From Paraspadella gotoi (lineage: Eukaryota > Animalia > Chaetognatha), in assembly GCA_051294375.1 (NCBI GenBank), contig CM119265.1, forward strand, positions 10,805,042-10,869,041: a DNA stretch of 64,000 nucleotides, in the 5' to 3' direction. Below, piece by piece: positions 24,045 to 36,711 of the stretch. A program made the translations under genes and the position numbers. Under the pieces are notes generated by a model. It was not told the origin of the DNA, did no database searches, and saw only the letters and a list, made by a program, of their open reading frames with translations. The first letter of the stretch is position 1; every line of letters begins with the position of its first letter.

Positions 24045-25450
24045 TCGGCCGATTTATGTCGCCCAAGCATCGACCGTACGCCGCTTTGAGATTCGGTATC
24101 TGGTTCGTCTAAGGGGGGCGAAAAATCAGAGACACATTCTGGGGGAAGAAGAGAAGCGGACGGGAAGTTTGAGCACAATACAATCGAGCTGAGTATTTAA
24201 TGTTTATAAAAACGTATTTGTGGGAAAAAAAATAAAATTTGCAGAAAAAATTTTTTTTCAATCTCATATCTCAAGGTAGGGACCGGAAGTGTTTACCAAA
24301 ATTTTTATTTCTTTATCTGCCGAAAAAAACATAGGGAATTCGAAAAAAAAGAAGGCATTTTTAAACAATTACTTTTCGTTGTTATTTAATATTTAGAGAA
24401 CACAAAGTGTTTTGGAATTTGTGACAACGATTTATTTTAATAGACGGACATGTTTCGACTCTTTGGTTTCGAGTCTTCATCAGCATTTGAAATTCTCAAA
24501 CTTTTCAGTTGTTTTCATTGACTTTGGAGAGAAAGTAAGAAGGAGAGAGAGATTGAGAGAGAGAGAGAGAGTTTCCAACAAAGAATTGAGTAAAGGAGTA
24601 AATTACTATATAAAAGATATTGAAAGATGAGACTTGATCTTTGAAATTCAAAACATACAAACATAATTTTAACTGTTATGCGAAAAAGTAATATTTTAAA
24701 TTACAATAATCTAATACTATTTTTGTGGATAAGGCGCTACGTGGGCTGAAGATGACTCGGCCGATTTATGTCGCCCAAGCATCGACCGTACGCCGCTTTG
24801 AGATTCGGTATCTGGTTCGTCTAAGGGGGGCGAAAAATCAGAGACACATTCTGGGGAAGAAGAGAAGCGGACGGGAAGTTTGAGCACAATACAATCGAGC
24901 TGAGTATTTAATGTTTATAAAAACGTATTTGTGGGAAAAAAAATAAATTTGCAGAAAAATTTTTTTTCAATCTCATATCTCAAGGTAGGGACCGAAGTGT
25001 TTACCAAAATTTTTATTTCTTTTATCTGCCGAAAAAAACATAGGGAATTCGAAAAAAAGAAGGCATTTTTAAACATTACTTTTCGTTGTTATTTAATATT
25101 TAGAGAAACAAAGTGTTTTGGAATTTTGTGACAACGATTTATTTTAATAGACGGACATGTTTCGACTCTTTGGTTCGAGTCTTCATCAGCATTTGAAATT
25201 CTCAAACTTTTCAGTTGTTTCATTGACTTTGGAGAGAAAGTAAGAAGGAGAGAGAGATTGAGGAGAGAGAGAGAGTTTCCAACAAAGAATTGAGTAAAGG
25301 AGTAAATTACTATATAAAGATATTGAAAGATGAGACTTGATCTTTGAAATTCAAAACAATACACATAATTTTAACTGTTATGCGAAAAAGTAATATTTTA
25401 AATTACAATAATCTAATACTATTTTTGTGGATAAGGCGCTACGTGGGCTG
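24045..25450. repeat. ~700-bp tandem duplication (24045-24746 vs 24737-25450) containing a Penelope pLTR fragment
   Basis: Collinear near-identical copies differing by single-base indels; possibly artefactual. Confidence 0.8.
24442..24490 (-). ncRNA. Minimal type I hammerhead ribozyme in Penelope pLTR fragment (duplicate 25149-25196)
   Basis: Minus strand: CTGATGA-a-GACTC..GAGTC-GAAAC-ATGTC, with palindromic ACATGT helix III and a GUC triplet. Preceded by the same (CT)n/'tgttggaaact' pLTR context as at 32865-32900. Confidence 0.8.
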
Positions 25451-26736
25451 AAGATGACTGTCCGTAACTTCTATGACCCCTCTAGCAGCATGGAACGGGT
25501 CCCTGGGCTTGGAACCAGGCTTGAGGGTTTGCCATGCCCCCAAGGCGGCTTACGGCTGTCCTCACGCTTCCCGCAGGGTAGGTACCGGTTGGGATTGAAC
25601 CCGGTACCTAGTGGTCATGAGCTGATGGCTTACTCAATGAGCCACCGGTCACAACTGAAAGTGTCATGATTCTAGGCGGGGTGAACCTAGGCAATGCCGA
25701 CTACATGCCCCCAGATTGTAACCCACCCTGCACTGCTTCAGTGGAGGGAGGGAGCAATCTTCAGCTAGACCAAGGGCCTGATCAGAAGGTTGGAATACGC
25801 TCGACAGGATGGGCTCACCAGTGTGGATAAGGCGCTACGTGGGCTGAAGATGACTGTCCGTAATTCTATAACCCCCTCTAGCAGCCATGGACGGGTCCCT
25901 GGGCTTGGAACCAGGCTTGAGGGTTTGCCATGCCCCCAAGGCGGCTTACGGCCGTCTCACGCTTCCCGCAGGGTAGATACCGGGTTGGGATTGAACCGGT
26001 ACTAGTGGTCATGAGCTGATGGCTTTACTCAATGAGCCACCGGGTCACACTGAAAGTGTCATGATTCTAGNNNNNNNNNNNNNNNNNNNNNNNNNGAACT
26101 TCGTACTTCTCGACCCCTCTAGCAGCCATGGAACGGGTCCCTGGGCTTTGGAACCAGGCTTGAGGGTTTGCCATGCCCCCAAGGCGGCTTACGGCTGTCC
26201 TCACGCTTCCCGAGGGTAGGTACCGGTTGGGATTGAACCCGGTACCTGTGGTCATGAGCTGATGGCTTACTCAATGAGCCACCGGTCACAACTGAAAGTG
26301 TCATGATTCTAGGCGGGTGAACCTAGGCAATGCCCGACTACATGCCCCCAGTTGTAACCCACCCTGCACTGCTTCAGTGGAGGGAGGGGAGCAATCTTCA
26401 GCTAGACCAAGGGCCTGGAATCAGAAGGTTGGAATACGCTCGCACAGGATGGGCTCACCAGTGTGGATAAGGCGCTACGTGGGCTGAAGATGACTGTCCG
26501 TAACTTCTATAACCCCTCTAGCAGCCATGGACGGGTCCCTGGGCTTGGAACCAGGCTTGAGGTTTGCCATGCCCCCAAGGCGGTTACGGCTCTCACGCTT
26601 CCCGCAGGGTAGATACCGGGTTGGATTGAACCGGTAACTATGTGGTCATGAGCTGATGGCTTTACTCAATGAGCACGGGTCACACTGAAAGTGTCATGTT
26701 CTAGGCGGGGGTGAACTTGGCAATGCCCGACGTACA
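25426..26736 (-). mobile_element. Independent family A insertion (LTRs 25426-25705, 25822-26070, 26096-26342, 26462-26736; N gap in the middle)
   Basis: Reverse complement of family A with identical termini and TTTT flanks on both sides (4-bp TSD, though in T-rich context). Either one element assembled twice across the gap or a tandem multimer. Confidence 0.85.
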
Positions 26737-27935
26737 TTTTTAAGTTTACATGAGTCCCTGATATCCCGCCAATAATATATATTTTTTAAATATTTTACAG
26801 TGTATCATAAGTAAAACTTATGTATCAGTATAAAATTGGTTTCTCTCACTTAGTATGTTGAAAATCTATTTAATATATATGTTTTTTGACTCTGCAATAT
26901 CCAATTGTTTTGTTATCCGTCTCATTTTTCATCATTATTTTATTAATATATTTGCAATAATAAATAATTTTTAACTATCTCTCTCTTTTAGGCGGGGTGA
27001 ACCTAGGCAATGCCCGACTACATTTTTAAGTTTACATGAGTCCCCTGATATCCCGGCCAATAATATATAGTATTTTTAAATATTTTACAGTGTATCATAA
27101 GTAAAACTTATGTATCAGTATAAAATTGGTGTATTCTCTCACTTAGTATGTTGAAAATCTATTTAATATATATGTTTTTTGACTCTGCAATATCCAATTG
27201 TTTTGTATATCCGTCTCATATTTTCATCAATTATTTTATTAAATATATTTGCAATAATAAAATAATTTTTTTAACCTTTAACATGAAAATATAGACATAT
27301 TTTATGGGAACGTTTTGTTAGTAATATTTTAATTAGCCTCCAATTTAGTAATTATCTTTCTTTCAAATTTTGTCTCTCTTAATTCTGTAAGTTCCAAAGT
27401 TTAATATTTCATAGATTCCCAGGAACTCGGCGCCTATTCTGTAAACATTTTGTCTAAGTAGAATAAACAAAGGAAGAGAGACGAGGGAGGCCGAGATTTT
27501 AGTACATTCCATTTTTAGAACTCAAGGGAGTAAGACGCAATATTTTATCACTGTTTAATTAATTAATACAACTTTGGCAATCTACAATTATTTCAGGTAA
27601 CTTCAAAAACTAATTAGACAGATTATGCATAATCCAGCTCTCTATCCGTCATCTATTGAGGGTCACAGGTCACGTTACCGACAGTTTACTAAATTTTTTA
27701 CAAAAATTGATGCGTCATGATCCAGAATTTAATACTTTTTCACGCTATTCGAGATTTTTTCGAGTTGAAAAAATTAAAACCATAAAAAATCGACGGAGAT
27801 TGTATAAAAATTAAAGGGCGGAGAAAAGGGAGGAGAGGAAATCATATGCTTTTTGCGCCACACTAATAAGTAAAAAGCTAAAATTGTAGAAAAATTATTA
27901 TAAATTTTTATTTATCAAAATTATTATAAATTATT

Positions 27936-28137
27936 GTGTTTTTTTTTTTTCCTTTCTGTTTCGTTGTGATTTGATTTAGAACAAAGTTGGAAGAGAGATT
28001 TAACAACGATTTTTATTTCATAGTGAAACAGACATGTTTCGAATTGAATTGGCGCTGAAGAAGACTCGTATGTGAGTCGAAACATGTCCGTTTCACCATG
28101 AAATAAAAATCGTTAAATCTCTCTTCAAACTTTGTTA
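27936..28137. mobile_element. Penelope pLTR fold-back remnant with hammerhead (28050-28095, + strand)
   Basis: Inverted arms match the pLTR end of the 36395-38420 element; CTGAAGA-a-GACTCG tatg TGAGTC-GAAAC-ATGTC. Confidence 0.8.
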
Positions 28138-28760
28138 TAAATTATTATAAATTTTTATTTATCAAAGCATTTTAAACTATAATTAAGAAAAACAAGTTTG
28201 AGCAAACAAGGTCGGATCTGCCCACGATCATTATCGGTAATTAATTAATTAGTTAATTATTTATTATTAATAATTAATTAATTAATTAGTTAATTATTTA
28301 ATTAATTAGGCAATTAATTAATTACTAAAAGCTAAAAAATTAATTAATTAGGCAATAAATTAATTAATTAGATTCAAAATGTTTGTTTTTAGGTCTTTTC
28401 GTCACAAACCGTCATTGCTTTTGTCGTGGTTACTAAATACTAACCACGACAAAAGCAATGACGATGAGAATAAGGCCGATGACGATTGACTTGATTGAAT
28501 GATTAAATAATTAATTAATAGATAAATAAATTGATTGATTGAATAATTAATTGATTGATTAATTAACTGATTAATTATTTGATAAATTAATACATCTTGC
28601 ATTTATATTTAATATAAAAAGAAAAAGAAGCATAATAAATTAGTGAAACAGGCTTTTTGTTTTTTCCATTTAAACTCATTCCCACTCGAACGATTCCATC
28701 GAAGCCAGAAAGAAAATGTAAAATTTATGTGCCTGTCCCTACTCAATGTAATATAATTTC

Positions 28761-28975
28761 ATGAAATTGAAACATTCGTTGATAGGGAAGCCAGGTACTC
28801 TGGGAGTGAATAAACTCGACTGAGAAAGAATCTTGATTGAAAGCTTGCAGGGACCTGCTATGTCATTATCTTGTAAGAGTGATGGAGGCCTTAAACCACC
28901 AAAGCCTGTCCAAAGTCAAGGGGAAGATAGCTTATTTATTAAATGAATTTATATATTGGTTGTACCATTTTCATA
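28761..28975 (+). repeat. Unclassified ~200-bp dispersed repeat (copies 40494-40677 +, 40768-41000 +, 23754-23875 -, 21348-21424 -)
   Basis: Shared core 'gcagggacctgctatgtcattatcttgtaagagtgatggaggccttaaaccaccaaagcctgtc'. Common 3' end 'gtacca(a)tttcat' with variable 5' truncation. Confidence 0.8.
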
Positions 28976-29989
28976 ATGTTTCTTTTGATTTTAACTGGTG
29001 AAAATGATTAGAAATACTAATTAAATCTTGTTTGAAGCAAGAATATTTTTATTAAAAAGAAAAAAAAACGATTTTTTTAGGAACATAAAAAAACGGACAT
29101 TTGAAAAAATGATTTGTGAAATAACCCTTTTCACAGATTTGTTGGGAGAGAAACGAAAACGAAACGAAAGAAATTACAAAAATAAAATATTTGAATGAAT
29201 AAGGTTTTTTAAACAATGAAAACGATGGTTCAAAGCAAAGACAATTTATATTTTACCTTCTGGATCCATCTGAAGAATATCTAAATTTTATTTTATTTTA
29301 AAAGTTAAATTCGATGTATTATTATGAGTAATGTTATTTATAACGATTAATTTTTATAATCGTTGATTTACGGCATAAGTTGCAAATATCCAAATCGAGA
29401 AATTTGGTCGAGAATGAAAATTTTTTTTGCTGATGAAGCTTTTTAGTCGGATCTGCTTATCATCAGATTCCGACTCTAAAATCCACTTTGTCGGTCCGTC
29501 GGTCCCCCCCCCCCCGCTAAATCTTGTCGGGCACTCAGTAAAATCATGTCAGAACATCGAAATATGATAAATTGTGCAAAAAAATGATGTCCGTTCGTCC
29601 GTCTGTCTGTCTGTCTGAAGGTCCGTCCCACTTTTTCATTAAACTCCAATTACTCGTGATTGGATGGATGGATTGGAATGAAATTTTGTGTGAGGGTAGG
29701 AAAGTGAGTGATTGAGCTGAATATAAATTTTTGATGGAATCGTGCGAGTGGAAATGAATTTAAATGGAAAAAAACAAGTCATATTTACTCATAATTATTA
29801 AATTGATTAAAAATTGGATAGATAAATTGAAATGAAATATTGTGATTAAGCTGGATATAAGTTTTTGATGGAATTGTAGGTATGAAAAAGATTTTAAATT
29901 AGAAAACCAAAAGACACATTTATTTGAATTTTTTAAAGTTTCCCTCTCTCTATCTCTCTCTGATTGATTGATTGCATGTTTGATTGATT

Positions 29990-30405
29990 GATTGACCAAA
30001 TTATGCCAGTTGACCAAATTATTCAAGTGACTAAATTCTGCAAGTTGACTAAATTATGCCAGTTGACCAAATTATTCAAGTAACCGAATTCTGCAGGTTG
30101 ACCAAATTATGCCAATTGATAATATTATGCCAGTTGAGCAAATTATGCCAGATGAACAAATTATGCCAATTGAGCAAATTAAGCCAATTGAGCAAATTAT
30201 GCCAGTTGACCAAATTATGCCAGTTGACCAAATTATACCAGTTGACCAAATTATGCCAGTTGACCAACTTATTCCAGTTGACAAAATTATGCAAGTTGAC
30301 AAAATAATGCAAGTTGAAAAAATTTTGCCAGTTGACCAAATTATGCCAGTTGACCAAATAATGAAACTTGATTAAATTATGCAAGTTGACTAAATTATGC
30401 AAGTT
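29990..30405. repeat. 18-bp minisatellite (GACCAAATTATGCCAGTT)n, ~23 units
   Basis: Directly visible tandem periodicity; the ORFs here are repetitive 6-aa translations. Confidence 0.9.
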
Positions 30406-30937
30406 GGTATTGGCGCAACTACTGGTAATGATTGATAGATCAATTGATTTATAGCTTTTTTCATATACATGGTGATAATTTTACAAGCGCCGGTAAAAAA
30501 CGCTGTCATTTGCAAAGCCATAAAGATTTTTTCAATATTAAATATGAATTTAAAAGTAAAAACCCAAATTATTTATATATACAAATTTTATCAGAATCGA
30601 CTTTGATATGCCTCAGCAATGATAACTGGAAGATGGATTTGAAAATTTTAAACTCACTTTTTTTAGATTTGACTTTTTTCTCTTACTTTCAGTAAGTTTC
30701 TGAAGAAATTTGAAATAAAATAATATTAATATTATTATTTTCTGAAAGCCCTTTCAAATCTTAAGAGAATGACGTACTTACGAATACTGTAGTATAAAAT
30801 TTAACCGGCCCAGCTTTAATTTAATTAAGGAAGGTAAATTTAAGATTTTTATCAGGAAATGTTTATTGAGTGCCAATAAAACGATTTTTATTATCAATAG
30901 TACATGTTTCGACTCTGCTGGTTCGAGTCTTCATCGA

Positions 30938-32200
30938 GCGTACGCCAATCCAATTGGATGATATCATGGCACTGCTGCGGTTGGACCTGGAACTGGCGTA
31001 CTTCAGGTTCGATGGACGATACTATGCCCAGCCTGGTTGCTGAGGGATGGGCAAATCAACCTCAAGTCCTCTGGCAGATTTCTATATGGAGGACTATGAG
31101 GTGGAAGCTTTGGCTTCTTTTCGATCTCTGCATGGGGCAGAGTCAGTACTCTTCTGGTATCGGAAAGCAGACGATACCATCCTGGTCGTGAAAAGGGATC
31201 TGGTTGATACCCTTCTGACCCATGTAAACAGCATCGAAACGAGTATCAAGTGGACATGTGAAAAGGAGGAGAATGGCAAAATTCCAATGCTCGATGTGCT
31301 AATTAGGCGCAAAGAGGGCGGCTCATTGGAATTTTCTGTGTATCGCAAACCAACTCATACTGACCAATACATTCCCTTTGATTCGCATGCTCCCTTGTCT
31401 CACAAACTCGCCACGTTCAGGTCCCTTACCAGAAGAGCCCTACTGATTCCGTCGACCCCCGAGCTCCAGGCCGCCGAGCTTGAGCATGTCAAAAGAGCCT
31501 TGGCGCTCAATGGTTACCCTCTGTGGGCTTTCGAGAAGGCCAGGTTCTGGCTGAACCAGGCTGAGGACAGTGGCCACCAAGGGGCTGTCCAAGTAACTGC
31601 TGACGCAAGTTCAACCTCCGCCCCCCAGGAGGAAGAACGAGGTCTTGCTGCTGAAGGACCAACCGCCCCCTCCACAGCGCAACTAGGAGATAAGCAGAAG
31701 CGCCTCAGGACTGTGGGTCACCTGTCCCTCCCCTACCACCAGGGGATCACTGAAGCTTTGGTGCGGGTGCTAGCAAAGCAGGGGATCTCCACTTCAGTGA
31801 CAACCCGTGGCTCCTTACATGAGCAATTGGTGAAACCGAAAGATAAAATCCCCAGAACGCATACTTCAGGAGCCGTCTATTGGGCGGCCTGTGCCAACCT
31901 TGTACAGCAGCATACGTGGGCGAGACCGGGAAGTCTCTCTCAGATCGGTTCAAACAGCACAAAGCCGTATCGTGACACACGAGGTCACTTCTTATCGGCT
32001 ATTGCCGAGCATTCGGCATCTTCTGGCCATCTGTTTAGAGTGTCCGACTGCCTCGTGCTGTCCCATGACCAAAACTGATTCTCAAGAGGTATTAGAGAGG
32101 CTGTTTACATCAAAGCCCTCGAACCCTCTTTGAACCATGATGGAGGACGATTCGATCTCCCTCCAAGCTATGATTCGCTAATAAAACTGGTGGTGGAACA
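30938..32200 (+). pseudogene. Penelope-like reverse transcriptase (C-terminal half) + GIY-YIG endonuclease, disrupted
   Basis: AYFRFDGRYYAQ..MGKSTSSPLADFYME, WYRKADDT, IPMLDVLI, VYRKPTHTDQY, GAVYWAAC..YVGETGKSL and ALEPSLNHDGG motifs. In-frame TGA stops and a frameshift near 31895. Confidence 0.9.
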
Positions 32201-32941
32201 CCCAATGCCACCCCAACCGCACGGTGATTCCCCTGTCCCAACTCAACGAGTCAGGCGGAGGCCTCCCGGCAGGCAATGGACGTCCGATACCTCTCCCGAA
32301 CCTGTAGCAACTTGGCGTGACTCTCTGAACGCCAGGCGCTGCCCAAAACGTCGGCTACAGGAGGAGGGAGAGGAGTCTGTATCTCCTACACCAAAACAGG
32401 CAAGAACAGGCAACCGCCCACCTCACCGTCAGGTGAGAGGAGGGCCTTCGGCAGGCTTATCAGGCCAAAGAGATATTAGAGTGGCACTTGGTATTTTCCC
32501 AGCCGGGTCCCCATGATATCTCACTCTACAAGAATATCATCTCAGTCTATGACAAGCCAATGACCCGATCATATCGTCAGCGTCCCACCTTTGTCTTATA
32601 TATTTCACTTAACTATTAACTTATCTATCCCTCACCACCTATTCCTCCATTTCAATTTTCATTATTACTTATTTAACTTTTGTTAATTCAAAATTTCAGC
32701 TTATTTCTCAGTTTTCTAAATTTATCTTTGTTGTACATTGTCAAATGTAATTATTTCTCTCTCTCTCTCTCTTTCACTTTTCACCATTTCAAAATTATCT
32801 TCTTCTTCTCTGTTCTTACCTTCACCTGTCCTCTCATCTGGCCACTGTCCTTTACTCAGCCCTATGTTGGAAACTCTCAATCTCTCTCACTCACTCTCTC
32901 TCTCTCTAACTTAATGTGTAGAGCATTTTTGTTAATGTTTT

Positions 32942-32991
32942 TCAAAGCTGATGAAGACTCGAACCAGCAGAGTCGAAACATGTACTATTGA
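32942..32991 (+). ncRNA. Minimal type I hammerhead ribozyme in Penelope 3' pLTR
   Basis: CTGATGA (32948-32954), stem II GACTC/GAGTC, GAAAC (32975-32979), palindromic ACATGT, GUA triplet ending 32984, helix I TCAAAG/CT(A)TTGA. Confidence 0.85.
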
Positions 32992-33809
32992 TAATAAAAA
33001 TCGTTGTATTGGCACTTAATAAACATTTCCTAATATTCACTTAGCAACGAAAAGAGAGAAAATAATACAAAGATTTTTATCAAATTGTGATTGGCTATCT
33101 TAAATCTTTTTTATCAGGCTCTTTCATAATACTTATATAAATAATAATAATTTTTGTTTTTTCCATTTAAACTCATTTCCACTCAAACGATTCCATCGAA
33201 ACTTGATTTCCAGCTTAATGACACACTTTCTTACCCACATACAAAATTTCCATCCACTCATGAGTAATTGGTGTTCAAATAGTGCTTTGCAAATGACAGC
33301 GTTTTTTTACCGGCGCCTGTAAAATTTTTACCATGTATTTATTAAGAAATCTGTTATGATTTGTTATGTTACAATTTGTTATGATCTGTTAAGATTACAA
33401 ATTGAAAGTCAGAAAATATTACCATGATTTATCATCAGATTAGCTTATTACCGCTTAATTATCGTAGGAAGATCCGACATAGTTTGCTCAAACATGTTTT
33501 TCTCGTTTTCACTTCCTCAAAATGACTCAAAGGTTATATACTAAGAAGGTTTTTTCCCCGGAGGTTAATGATAGATTTTTCAATTGAAACCAGTTTTCGT
33601 CAAAGGTATGAACCTCCTCTCTCTTTTTCTCACTCATACTGGATTTTAGAGTTGAAATTTTTAAATTATAGCTTTACCTTATAATGTTATATTACCAGTA
33701 GTAACAACACAGTAGTGGTGAACAGGTTTTCCTAACTTTGATTCACTGCAAAATTTATTCGTCTTTGTCCTCGGCTCTGTTATGATAATTATGATAATAC
33801 AAATGATTA

Positions 33810-34950
33810 TTATCGTCGCAATCGCTTTGCGTTTGCGACGATTTTGCTGTGGTTTTGTACATAAGTGGCGTCGTCATCGTCGTTGTCGTCGTTCCAAATT
33901 ATAGATGTATGAAGCTGAAAATTTTTTTAATTGACAATCGCAAAATAGAATTTTTCTTTCTGTTTATAAATTAATTTTCTTTTCTCAAATTTTTTTTCTC
34001 AGGGGCTGCGTCTGCTGATCAGTTTATTTGACAATGACAATGAAAAAAAAAATCTTAAAAGCATAAGGATCGTCGCAATAGCATAAGAAAAATCTGGATT
34101 GACGACAAATTTTGATACTAAAAAAAATAAAATTTGAGAAAAGAAAATTAAATTATAAACAAAAAAAATTTTATTTTGCGATTGTTAATAAAAAAAATAA
34201 TAAAGTACGAAAGAAAATTAAAGTTACAGTTTCTGAAAAATAACAAAATGATAACATGCACAAATGCGATGCCTAATTTTACAAGTTCAATCCTAATTCA
34301 ATTTTTTTTTAATAAAAATGCAGAGAGAAAGAGAGAGAGAGAGAAAAGAAAAAAATCAAAAGGCAGCAGCAGAAGCAGCAGGAAAAAAGAGAAAAAAAGA
34401 AAGAGCCACTGCAGAGCCAGCTGCAGACTAAAAAAGCAGCAACAGAAGCAGTAGGAGAAAAGAGAAAAAAAGAATAAGCCCCTGCAGAGCCAGCTGCAGA
34501 CTCGTTTTTTTCCCCTATGATTATGAATCAGTGACTAGGGAAAAGAGAGAGGGAGAGAGACATGTAATTAAAAGAGAAAAAAGAGAGAGAAAGAAATATG
34601 AAAATAAAAGAGAGAAAATTTGTTTGTTTTGATAAAATGTAAACAAATCATATTTAATAACTGTCCAGACTCAATTTTAAGCACATCGATGATGAGAAGC
34701 TGTATATAAATTTTCAGCTTCATACACCCAAATTTAATCATAAAAAAGGCGATCTATAATTTGGGACGCCGACGACGCCACTTATGGGCAAAAACTTTTT
34801 CATTGTCAATGATAAGTTGTTGTTTTTTTTTAGAAACTAACTTTAAATTAAAATTTAATTTTCCTCGGTACTTTATTAGTATCAAAATTTTTCATTATCC
34901 AGATTTTTCTTATGCGATTGCGACGATCCTTATGCTTTTAAGATTTTTAT
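33810..34950. mobile_element. Dispersed non-autonomous repeat with subterminal palindrome (HINE/MITE-like); copies 47702-48160 and 52660-53320
   Basis: Shared hairpin ATCGTCGCAATCGCT..AGCGTTTGCGACGAT at one end and 'GCGATTGCGACGATCCTTATGCTTT' at the other; 34380-34790 is the reverse complement of ~52710-53110. Confidence 0.7.
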
Positions 34951-35423
34951 ATATTTGAGGCTTATCCCAAAATTTGTCCTTCAAATTCTTTTAAATCCTT
35001 CAAATCCTCTTTCGTCGATGCGTTTTTGTCAGGCATATCTCAACAATGCACATGACGATTACTTATTTATCATTTATAAAACTGTTCAAGGGTTCATAGT
35101 CGTACGCTTTAAAAGATTGATGATATACGTATATATATATTATATATATAGAACTTGCAAGGCTAGAACTTTGCTCCGGGTATGGTGTCCTAACAGCTAA
35201 TGGCCACGATTTCTTGTGGAAAATAATAACGATGACATATAAATAAAATAACAATATATAAATTTTAAATCACATTGACGAATACAATCGTAAAAGGCAA
35301 ACAGAGAAAAACGAAATTGATCATAAAGATCATAAATTTAGTTTTCAATATCGAATTAACAAATTTGAAAAAACCGGTTCGATTGGACAGAGACATTAAA
35401 ATCATGATTCGACGAGATTGAAA

Positions 35424-36663
35424 TTAACTGACTATCTCAGCCGTAACGATAACTTTAAGTTCCTTGTCTTTTTTGTCTCGATGCGACGACGATGACGACG
35501 ACGACGACGACGAAAGTCTTCGGCAAAACGTCGCCTCTAATTTCATGATCGGTCGCTCGATCGTCGCCGAAACCACGATGGCGCCGAGATACGTGAGAGT
35601 CATGTTGCTGGTGAACATCCAAACCTGGAACGTGGAAATGGTCATTGTCAAGTCATCGCCAATGAAGTGGCCAATACCCGCTCGATGTCACAATAAAGAC
35701 TGGTGAATTCTTACGAAAGAGGCGATTGTGAAATCGAAAGAGGATTGCATCGAATAAGCGAAGCAGATGTGGACGACGTAGTGGAGCAGAAAGGCCGAGT
35801 ATGAGACCCGCGACAATACGATCATGGCCGAGTTGGTCAACAACGCATTCATGGGTCCTAGTGGGGGGGGGTGTTTATAACTTATTTATAGACGGCATTA
35901 AAGCTGCTTTTTAGTTTGCTCTTGAAAATATAAGATTAATTTTTTTCTCGGTACGATCTTTGCGTCGAAAAATGTATAAATTTGTGAAGTAAAATATTGT
36001 CGTAAAATTTCAGTACCTTTTTAATGTACTATAATTAATACTTTAATGTAATTAAAGTAATTTAAGTAATTTAATGTGAAGATATAAAAACTACAGAGAT
36101 CAGGCGAATAATTTTAGCATAACTTCAGCATTTCGCAAGAGCCGCGATAATATACTATCTATGAAAAAAGTATATAACATTTTTAATAAAGGATATCTAT
36201 TCGAAAACTTGTTTGATTTTAAAAAAATCAGAATTTTTCCAGATCTATTTTGAATTTTCTTTTAGTAGCTTCCTTCCATTTTTTTCCAGGTCAAATCGTT
36301 CAGAAGTTACAGGCCAAAAAATATTGTTACTTCAAATGAAAAATGGCAAAAAAATCATATTTGGTTTTCCTCCATTTTTGGTATTTAATTATTTGATTTT
36401 ATTTAGAACAAAGTTTGAAGAGAGATTTAACAACGATTTTATTTCATAGTGAAACGGACATGTTTCGACTCACATACGAGTCTTCTTCAGCGCCAATTCA
36501 ATTTGTGAATTTGAAGAGAATTTTGTGCATAAAAGAAGAGAGAGAGAGAGAGAGAGAGACAGAGCAAAGTTTCCAACACAGAGTTTGAGAGAAAGGATAG
36601 TGTTCAGTTTTTTATTAGGGACAGGTGAAGGTGAGGACAGAGATAGTTTGTGAAAAGAAATTG

Positions 36664-36711
<48 letters not shown>

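Larger units (their letters stand above)
30854..33031 (+). mobile_element. 5'-truncated Penelope-like retroelement (C-terminal GIY-YIG type) with inverted partial pLTR
   Basis: 30854-30935 is the reverse complement of 32950-33031. RT and EN coding lies between them, and a hammerhead sits in the 3' pLTR. Confidence 0.92.

Noticed and set aside
25615-25670. Hammerhead on the antisense strand of family A (CTGATGG...GAAAGTGTC)
   Set aside because: The core is CUGAUGG, helix III cannot form and stem II does not close on GAAA.
29990-30405. CRISPR array or repeat protein gene
   Set aside because: Contiguous 18-bp units with no spacers; open frames on both strands simply reflect the repeat unit.
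31035-31050. In-frame TGA in Penelope RT as selenocysteine
   Set aside because: The copy is truncated and has a frameshift plus another TGA (32076-32078) where the sister element has Trp, so decay is the simpler explanation; no SECIS was seen in its pLTR.
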